Shown in pieces: positions 57,303 to 64,000 of a stretch of 64,000 bases of DNA. Position 1 is the stretch's first letter, and every line of letters begins with the position of its first letter. The notes beneath the pieces are model-generated. The model did no database searches. It was not told the origin of the DNA and saw nothing but the letters and a program-made list of their open reading frames with translations. The stretch is from Anaeromyxobacteraceae bacterium (GTDB lineage: Bacteria > Myxococcota > Myxococcia > Myxococcales > Anaeromyxobacteraceae), in assembly GCA_032654565.1 (NCBI GenBank), contig JAULAX010000015.1, positions 256,001 to 320,000 of the forward strand, given 5' to 3'. The position numbers and the translations under genes were made by a program.

Positions 57303-57533
57303 ATGAACCAGTTCTCGCTCGGGTACTTCGCCGCCGGCATCGGCGCCGGCCTCGCCGTCATCGGCGCCGGCCTCGGCATCGGCAAGCTCGCCGCCGCCGC
57401 CATGGAGGGCTCGGCCCGCCAGCCCACCGCCGCCGGCGACATCCGCACCTCGATGATCATCGCCGCCGCCCTCATCGAAGGCGCCACGCTCTTCGCCATC
57501 GTGGTCACGCTGCTCCTCGCCATCGCCAAGTAG
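57303..57533 (+). CDS. atpE: ATP synthase F0 subunit c
   Basis: GAGLGIG, ARQP, ALIEG. Confidence 0.97.
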   Translation: MNQFSLGYFAAGIGAGLAVIGAGLGIGKLAAAAMEGSARQPTAAGDIRTSMIIAAALIEGATLFAIVVTLLLAIAK

Positions 57534-57568
57534 TCCGGCCCTCGCGGCCACGACTGGAAGGAGCCGAC

Positions 57569-58105
57569 ATGGCCCTCTTCACCGTCCCCGCCCCGGTGCT
57601 GGCTGCCGGAGCGCTGACCGACATCAACCCGGGGCTCACGCTCTGGGCCGCCATCACCTTCCTGGTCCTGATGGTGGTGCTCTCCAGGTTCGCCTGGGGC
57701 CCCATCGTCAAGATGCTCGACGAGCGGTCGAAGACCATCCACGAGGCCATCGACGCCGCCCGCAAGGAACGCGCCGAGGCCGAGCGGATGCTCGGCGAGC
57801 AGAAGGAGGCGCTGGCCCGGGCCACCCGCGAGGCGGCCGAGCTGGCCAAGCGGAACCAGCAGGAGGTCGAGGTGCTCCGCCAGGAGCTCACCGCCCGGGC
57901 GCGCAAGGAGGCCGACGAGCTGGTGGCCAGCGCCCGCAAGCAGATCGTCGAGGAGAAGTCCAAGGCCGTGGTCGAGCTGCGCCACCTGGCGGCCGATCTC
58001 GCCATCGACGCGGCGGGCCGGCTCATCAAGTCCAGCCTGGACGAGAAGGCGCAGCGCCAGCTGGTCGAGGACTACCTCAAGCAGCTCCCCACCGGCCGCG
58101 CCTAG
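57569..58105 (+). CDS. atpF: ATP synthase F0 subunit b
   Basis: N-terminal TM, FAWGPIVKMLDER, coiled coil. Confidence 0.95.
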   Translation: MALFTVPAPVLAAGALTDINPGLTLWAAITFLVLMVVLSRFAWGPIVKMLDERSKTIHEAIDAARKERAEAERMLGEQKEALARATREAAELAKRNQQEVEVLRQELTARARKEADELVASARKQIVEEKSKAVVELRHLAADLAIDAAGRLIKSSLDEKAQRQLVEDYLKQLPTGRA

Positions 58106-58186
58106 GCGCGTCGGCGGGAACCGGATCGCCGGCTCCGGCGGGCCCACCAGGTCCGCCGGGGCCGTTTCATTTTGGAAGGAAGCACC

Positions 58187-59293
58187 ATGGCACTCGGCAT
58201 CGGCATCGTCGGCCTCCCCAACGTGGGGAAGTCCACCCTCTTCAACGCGCTGCTCGGCACCGCCCAGGCGGCGGCGGCCAACTACCCCTTCTGCACCATC
58301 GAGCCGAACCTGGGCGTGGTGCCGGTGCCGGACCCGCGGCTCGACGCCCTCTCCGCCCTCTTCGGGCCGGAGAAGACCACCCCGACCACGCTGGAGTTCA
58401 TCGACATCGCCGGGCTGGTGGCCGGCGCCTCCAAGGGGGAGGGGCTGGGCAACCAGTTCCTCGCCACCATCCGCGAGGTCGACGCCATCGCCCACGTGCT
58501 GCGCTGCTTCGTGGACCCGGACGTCATCCACGTGGCCGGCAAGGTGGACCCGCGCTCCGACCGCGACGTGGTCGAGACCGAGCTGATGCTCAAGGACCTG
58601 GAGGGGGTCGACAAGCGGCGCGACCGGACCATCAAGAACACCAAGACCGCCGGCAAGGTCGGCGAGCTCTCCAAGGCCGAGGTGGTGCTGCTCGACCAGC
58701 TCAAGGCCGGGCTGGAGGCCGGCACCCCGGTGCGCCGGCAGAAGCTCTCGGAGGAGGGGCGGGCGCTGGCCAAGGAGCTGTCGCTGCTCACCTCGAAGCC
58801 GGTGCTCTACATCGCCAACGTCGACGACACCGAGCTGGCGCCCGATGACCCGCACGTGGCCCTGGTGAAGGCGCTGGCCGACGAGGAGGGCGCCCCCATG
58901 GTGGTCATCTGCGGCAAGGTCGAGGCCGAGCTGGTGGAGCTGCCGCCGGCCGAGCGGGCCGAGTTCCTGGCCAGCATGGGGATGACCGAGCCGGGCCTGA
59001 ACCGGCTGGTGCGGGCCGGCTACGACCTGCTCCACCTCATCACCTACTTCACCTCCGGCGGCGACGAGTGCCGCGCCTGGACGGTGCACCGCGGCGACAC
59101 CGCCCCCAAGGCGGCCGGCGTCATCCACACCGACTTCGAGAAGGGGTTCATCAAGGCCGAGGTGATCAAGGTGGCCGACCTGCTCGAGCTGAAGACCGAC
59201 GCCGCCTGCCGCGAAAAGGGGAAGCTGCGCGTCGAGGGGCGGGAGTACGTGGTGCAGGACGGCGACGTCATGCACTTCAGGTTCAATGTGTAG
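58187..59293 (+). CDS. ychF: Redox-regulated ATPase YchF
   Basis: GLPNVGKST, NYPFCTIEPN, DIAGLV, GNQFL, VQDGDVMHFRFNV. Confidence 0.98.
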   Translation: MALGIGIVGLPNVGKSTLFNALLGTAQAAAANYPFCTIEPNLGVVPVPDPRLDALSALFGPEKTTPTTLEFIDIAGLVAGASKGEGLGNQFLATIREVDAIAHVLRCFVDPDVIHVAGKVDPRSDRDVVETELMLKDLEGVDKRRDRTIKNTKTAGKVGELSKAEVVLLDQLKAGLEAGTPVRRQKLSEEGRALAKELSLLTSKPVLYIANVDDTELAPDDPHVALVKALADEEGAPMVVICGKVEAELVELPPAERAEFLASMGMTEPGLNRLVRAGYDLLHLITYFTSGGDECRAWTVHRGDTAPKAAGVIHTDFEKGFIKAEVIKVADLLELKTDAACREKGKLRVEGREYVVQDGDVMHFRFNV

Positions 59294-59857
59294 GTGCTCC
59301 GGGATCGCGCCGGGGTCGCTTCGGGGCCCCACCGCTCCCTGCCGGCGCTCCCTCCGCCTGGAGGCCTGAACACGGCTAGTGTTCGGTCCTGACCGAGGGT
59401 AATCGATGACGCACCGGCCCGCGTCACGAACGGCCCAAGCGCCCGGCAACAGGGCGGTTCTGGCAGCTCCCCCATGACGCGCGACGGCTCCCGTGGGCTG
59501 CGCCGAGGCCCCGCCGGCTCGGGTCGCTCGCCGCGCCTGCGGCGCGCCTTCTCGCCAGGGGTCGGTCCGAGCCGGCGACCGTTCCGGGGCTGCGAAACTC
59601 GCGCCCGATCGGCGGAGCCCCGTCGCGCCCTGGGAGCCTCTCGTTCGTGCAGACCACCGTCGTGCCCTGACGTACCTCCCGATCGTCCCGCCCAACATTC
59701 ACCCTCGACGCGCCGGATCCGCCACGAGAGGCGCCCCAGGAGCGGAGGGACGCCACCGGCCGGGGGCGCGAGCCTCGCAGCCCCAGCACCGCTCGCCCAG
59801 ACGGAATCGAAACTGGCGAGAGGGCGCGCCGAAGGCGGGACGAGCGCCCCGGCGCGG

Positions 59858-59984
59858 TGGTGTCCTGCAGCGACCGGGCGCCGACGTGCGGAGCTCCGGC
59901 CGTGGTGTCTCGCGGCGACCGGGCGCCGACGTGCCGAGCGCCGGCCATGGTGTCCCGCAGCGACCGGGCGCCGACCCGCGGAGC
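59858..59984. repeat. ~3 tandem copies of a 45-bp unit
   Basis: TGGTGTC..GC.GCGACCGGGCGCCGAC starts at 59858, 59903 and 59948. Confidence 0.85.
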
Positions 59985-60044
59985 CACGCCCAGAGAGCGA
60001 AGGAGCGACCGGGCACCGCCCGCGGAAGCTCCTCGGCCGTCCGC

Positions 60045-60434
60045 TCACCGCAAGGCGAGCCGCGCCACCGCCAGCCAGAAGGCGGCCCGGAAGGCCATCG
60101 CCACCACCGTCCTCGGCTCGTAGCCACCGCCGGCCGCCACGAAGAGGCCGAAGGCGGCGAAGGCGAGGAGGGTGGCCCCGCCGAGCAGCGCCGCCAGCCG
60201 GGCCGCCCAGCGGCGCCCCAGCGCCAGGCCAACGGCGGCGGCGACGTAGAGGAACCCGGCCAGGAAGTTGAAGAGCACCAGGCCCGGCAGGAACTGCCCC
60301 GCCTCGACCCGCGCCACCTCGGGGCCGAACAGGACCCGGCCGCCGGAGACCACGGTGGCCAGGCCGAAGAGCGCGGCGAAGGCGGCCACCGGCCAGCGCC
60401 ACCGGCCCGGCGCCGTGGTCGCCAGGGCGGTCAC
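60045..60434 (-). CDS. Hypothetical 4-TM membrane protein
   Basis: FGLATVVSGG, LFNFLAGFLY, YEPRTVVAM; GTG overlaps the pdxA stop. Confidence 0.7.
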   Translation of the reverse strand: MTALATTAPGRWRWPVAAFAALFGLATVVSGGRVLFGPEVARVEAGQFLPGLVLFNFLAGFLYVAAAVGLALGRRWAARLAALLGGATLLAFAAFGLFVAAGGGYEPRTVVAMAFRAAFWLAVARLALR

Positions 60435-61444
60435 CGCCCGGCCCTGGCCCGCACCGCGGCGATCTTCGCCGCCAGCCGCAGCGCCGCGATCATCGAGGCC
60501 GGGTTGGCCTTCCCGGTCCCGGCCAGCGAGTAGGCCACGCCGTGGTCCGGGCTGGTCCGCACCAGCGGCAGCCCCAGCGTCACGTTGACCGCGGCGTCGC
60601 CGGTCACGGCGTCGAGCAGCTTCACCGGGATCAGCCCCTGGTCGTGGTAGAGCGCCACCACCGCGTCGAACTCGCCGAGCGCGGCCCGGAAGAAGACCGA
60701 GTCGGCGGGGAAGGGGCCGGCGGCGGGGGTCCGCCCGCGCGCGGCCAGCCGCAAGGCCGGCGCCAGCAGGGCCGCCTCCTCGTCGCCCACCAGGCCACCG
60801 TCGCCGGCGTGCGGGTTCCAGGCGGCCAGCGCCACCCGCGGTCGGGCGAGGCCGAGGTCGTCGCGCAGCGCGCGCCAGGTGACGGCGATGGTCTCGGCGA
60901 TCAGGGCCGGGGTGAGCGCCCGCCGCACCCGCGACAGCGGCGCGTGGTTGGTCACCAGCGTCACCCGGAGCCGCTCCCCGGCCAGCATCATCACCGACCG
61001 CGCGGCGCCGCAGCGGGCCTCCAGCCACTCGGTGTGGCCGACGAAGCCGGGCAGCACCCGGGCCACCTGGGCCTTGCTGACCGGGGCGGTGCAGAGCGCC
61101 GCCGCCTGGCCGTTCACCACCGAATCGAAGGCGGCGGTCAGGAAGGCCAGCTGGGCCGAGGCCCCGCGCGCCGACGGCCGGCCGGCCCGCAGCGCCGCGG
61201 CCGGCAGCCGGGTCACCGCCACCAGCGCCCCGCCCGGCGGCACCGGCGCGCCCAGCCCCACCACCGGCAGCCGCAGCGCCGAGAGGCCGCGCGACAGCAG
61301 CCCGGGATCGCCGAAGAGCAGCGGCTCGACCTCGCCGCGCAGCGCGAGGAGCGCCGCCGCCGTCACCTCGGCGCCGATGCCGGAGGGATCGCCGAGGCTG
61401 ATGGCGATCCGCGGCGCGGACGGGCGGGGCGCGGCGCGAGCCAC
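60431..61444 (-). CDS. pdxA: 4-hydroxythreonine-4-phosphate dehydrogenase
   Basis: GDPSGIG, GHTE, NPHAG, YHDQGL, RTSPDHG. Confidence 0.95.
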   Translation of the reverse strand: MARAAPRPSAPRIAISLGDPSGIGAEVTAAALLALRGEVEPLLFGDPGLLSRGLSALRLPVVGLGAPVPPGGALVAVTRLPAAALRAGRPSARGASAQLAFLTAAFDSVVNGQAAALCTAPVSKAQVARVLPGFVGHTEWLEARCGAARSVMMLAGERLRVTLVTNHAPLSRVRRALTPALIAETIAVTWRALRDDLGLARPRVALAAWNPHAGDGGLVGDEEAALLAPALRLAARGRTPAAGPFPADSVFFRAALGEFDAVVALYHDQGLIPVKLLDAVTGDAAVNVTLGLPLVRTSPDHGVAYSLAGTGKANPASMIAALRLAAKIAAVRARAGR

Positions 61445-61447
61445 CCC

Positions 61448-62500
61448 CTACTCCTTCAGCTCGGGGATGCGGATGTCGAGCACCGCCTCGCGCCGCAGCT
61501 CGGCCAGGTACTGCTCCCGGTAGGCCTGGGTCTGCTCCATGCTGAGCCGCTCGCGGACCTCCTCCTTGGCCTGGTCGAAGCTCTTGCCGCCGCCGAACCG
61601 CCGCTCCTCCACCTTGAAGAGGTGGATGGCCGGACCGGCGCGCACCAGCCTGCTCACCTCGCCGTCCTTGAGCGCGAAGACCAGCTCCTCCAGCGAGCGC
61701 TGCATGGTGCCGCGGCGCAGCCAGCCGAGGTCGCCGCCGTCGCTGGCCCCTGGCCCCTTGGAGACCGTCCTGGCCAGGTCCGCGAAGGGCTCGCCCGCGG
61801 CCAGCCGCTGCAGCACCTTCTCGCCCGCCGCCTGCACGCGGGCCACCTCGGCGGCCGGCGCGTCCTCGGGCAGCGGCAGCAGCACGTGGCGGACGTGGAG
61901 CTCCTCCTGCCCCTGGAACTCGCCGGGGTGCTGCTGGTAGTAGTTCCTCACGTCGTCGTCGCTGAGCCGCACCTTGCCGCGCACCTTCTCGGCGAGGACC
62001 CGGTAGCTCTCCAGCTGGCCGCGGATCTGCTCGCGGAAGGCGGCCCGGGTCAGGTTCTGGTCGGCCAGCATCTGGTCGAGCACCTTGTCGTCGGCGTTGT
62101 TCCGCTTCTTGATGTCGTCGATGGCGGTGTTGACCTGGTCGTCGCCGATCTCGACCTGCAGGACCACGGCCTGGGCGTGGAAGAGCTTCTCCGCCACCAC
62201 CTGGTCGAAGGCCCGGCGCAGCACCAGGGCCACCGCCTTGTCGCGCGCCGGCCCGGGCGGCCCCTGGGCGGCCCGCCGCCACTCGTCACCGGCCCGCTGC
62301 TCCAGCTCGGCCTGGGTGACCACCTCGCCGTTGACGGTGGCCGCCACCCGGTTGAGCACCAGGCGCGGGGCCGGGGTCACCGCCCCCGGCGCCGCCGCGG
62401 CCGAACTGGCGGGCGTCGCCGCCGGAGCCGGCGAGGCGGGCGGGGCGGCCGGAGCGGCGGCCAGGGCGAGCAGCAGCAGGGGGAGCGAAGTCAGGGTCAC
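61448..62500 (-). CDS. SurA-like peptidyl-prolyl isomerase
   Basis: Signal peptide, RVAATVNGE, FADLAR, GGDLGW; upstream of pdxA. Confidence 0.88.
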   Translation of the reverse strand: MTLTSLPLLLLALAAAPAAPPASPAPAATPASSAAAAPGAVTPAPRLVLNRVAATVNGEVVTQAELEQRAGDEWRRAAQGPPGPARDKAVALVLRRAFDQVVAEKLFHAQAVVLQVEIGDDQVNTAIDDIKKRNNADDKVLDQMLADQNLTRAAFREQIRGQLESYRVLAEKVRGKVRLSDDDVRNYYQQHPGEFQGQEELHVRHVLLPLPEDAPAAEVARVQAAGEKVLQRLAAGEPFADLARTVSKGPGASDGGDLGWLRRGTMQRSLEELVFALKDGEVSRLVRAGPAIHLFKVEERRFGGGKSFDQAKEEVRERLSMEQTQAYREQYLAELRREAVLDIRIPELKE

Positions 62501-63453
62501 GGAGTCACCGCGGAGAGGGAGGCCTGGTCGACCTGGATGGTGGCGCGGGCCCGCAGGGAGGCCAGGTACTCCTCCTGGGCGCGGGCCCGGCGGTCACGGA
62601 GCAGCCGCTCGGTGATCTCGCCGCGCGCCTGGTCGAGGGTGCGCTTGCTGGCCCCCTTGCGCTCCACCACCCGGAACAGGTGGAAGCCGTAGGGGGAGGG
62701 GACCACGTCGGAGACGTAGTTGAGGGGCAGCGAGAAGCAGACGTCGAAGACCTCGGGGAAGCCGGCGCCGCGGCCGATCCAGCCCAGCTCGCCGCCGTTC
62801 TTCCCCTCCGGCCCGATCGAGCTGGCCCGGGCCACCTCGGCGAACCTGGAGGGATCGCGCCGCAGCCGGTCGCGCAGCGTGGCCGCCTCGTCGCGGCTCG
62901 ACACCACCACCTGCAGCACCCGCACCCGCTCCGGCTCGTTGAACTCGGCGGCGTGCTCGGCGAACCACTTCTCCACCTCGGCGGGCGGGACCTGCACCCG
63001 GGGGAAGACCTCGTCGTGGAAGAGCCGCTCCACGGTGAGCTGCTCCTTGAGCCGGGCCTTGAGGTCGGCCTGGCTGAGCCGCTCGCGGGCCAGCAGGTCG
63101 TCGAAGTGGGTGCCGGGGTACTCGCCGCGCACCCGCAGGAAGGCGCGCTCCACCTGCTCCTGGCTCACCGCGATGGAGCGGGCCCGGGCCTGCTGGAGCA
63201 GCAGGGCCCGGTCGACCAGGCCGTCGAGGACCCGCTTGCGGAGCGGCTCGCCGGGCGCGTCGCCCTCGCCGCCGGCGCGGATCTGGCGCAGCTCCCGGGC
63301 CAGCGCCTCGGCCGGGATCGACTCGCCGTTGACGACCGCCACCGGGCGCGGGCCCGCCGCGACCCCCGCGCCCGCGCCACCCCCGCAGCGGCCGCAGGCG
63401 GCGACCGAGAGGGTGACGAGGGCCAGCAGGCCGAGCGAACCGGCGCGGCGCAC
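62497..63453 (-). CDS. Parvulin-type peptidyl-prolyl isomerase lipoprotein
   Basis: VAAC lipobox, GGELGW, SPYGFHLF. Confidence 0.88.
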   Translation of the reverse strand: MRRAGSLGLLALVTLSVAACGRCGGGAGAGVAAGPRPVAVVNGESIPAEALARELRQIRAGGEGDAPGEPLRKRVLDGLVDRALLLQQARARSIAVSQEQVERAFLRVRGEYPGTHFDDLLARERLSQADLKARLKEQLTVERLFHDEVFPRVQVPPAEVEKWFAEHAAEFNEPERVRVLQVVVSSRDEAATLRDRLRRDPSRFAEVARASSIGPEGKNGGELGWIGRGAGFPEVFDVCFSLPLNYVSDVVPSPYGFHLFRVVERKGASKRTLDQARGEITERLLRDRRARAQEEYLASLRARATIQVDQASLSAVTP

Positions 63454-64000
63454 TACTTGGTGGCTGGCGCCGGGGGCGCCGGGGGAGGCTGCGACATGGC
63501 CGGCATGCCGGGCATGCCCGGGGCGCCGGTCGGCGCGGCGGCCACCACCACGGCCTCCAGCGCCTTGTCGTCGACGGTGATCTTGGCGTCGTCACGCAGC
63601 TTCTTGACCAGGTCGTCGAACTCCTTGGTGCGACGCTCGCGGGTCAGCTTCTGGCTGATCTGCGCCTTGACCTGGTCGAAGCCGCGCGACAGCTCCTCCT
63701 GCACGCCGGCCACCCGGACCAGGTAGACGCCCTGGGCCCCCTCGATGACCCCGGAGGTCTCGCCGGCCTTGAGCGCGAAGGCGGCCTGGGCCAGCTCCTT
63801 GCCGAAGCTCTTCTCCAGCTCCTCGGCCGACTTGAAGCCGAGGTCGCCGGCCACGCCCTTGCTGGCGGCGTCCTCGGTGAACTCGGCCACCGCCTGCTGG
63901 AAGGCGGCCGGGTTCTTCTTCTCCTCGGCCCGCACCTTGGCCAGGGCCTTCTTCGCCGCCGCCACCTTCTTGGCGCGGTCGGGCGAGCCGGCCGGGGCGT
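63453..64000 (-). CDS. Parvulin-type peptidyl-prolyl isomerase, 3' part (runs off the window end)
   Basis: GDLGF, AAFALKAGETSGVI. Confidence 0.82.
   Translation of the reverse strand, partial: APAGSPDRAKKVAAAKKALAKVRAEEKKNPAAFQQAVAEFTEDAASKGVAGDLGFKSAEELEKSFGKELAQAAFALKAGETSGVIEGAQGVYLVRVAGVQEELSRGFDQVKAQISQKLTRERRTKEFDDLVKKLRDDAKITVDDKALEAVVVAAAPTGAPGMPGMPAMSQPPPAPPAPATK

Noticed and set aside
57303..57533. Na+-translocating ATP synthase
   Set aside because: Subunit c has IEGA without the ES/T and upstream Q/E Na+ ligands.
59858..59984. CRISPR array
   Set aside because: Whole 45-bp units repeat with no unique spacers, and no cas genes are present.

Overview
GC-rich chromosome segment, most consistent with an Anaeromyxobacter-like myxobacterium (inferred from gene content and the parS sequence). 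Positions ~17.1-64 kb are the conserved replication-origin region: lgt-lspA-ileS, rimK, tRNA-Gln, fabH, gyrB-recF-dnaN-dnaA, rpmH-rnpA-yidD-yidC-jag-rsmG-parS-parAB, bactofilin, separate F1 and F0 ATP synthase operons, gyrA, hemL, ychF, pdxA and three parvulin PPIases. Positions 1-17.1 kb are an accessory region anchored on tRNA-Phe(GAA) at 17018-17090 (minus). The tRNA 3' half plus its terminator recurs as direct repeats at ~7842-7938 and, degenerate, at ~1405-1502. These repeats split the region into tandem att-bounded modules. The tRNA-proximal module carries a tyrosine integrase whose reading frame crosses the att core, a lower-GC operon (hypothetical, HExxH protein, dCTP deaminase, C25-like cysteine protease, small protein), a DUF5343-like/HEPN pair, an IS256/integrase chimeric relic and an array of parS-like palindromes. 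The next module has no integrase and holds a single teneurin-like YD/RHS lipoprotein gene. An M1 aminopeptidase lies beyond it. The best candidates for undescribed systems are the tRNA-Phe cassette array with its predicted integrase C-terminal switch and the HExxH + dCTP deaminase operon. All family assignments are by-eye motif recognition, not database searches.
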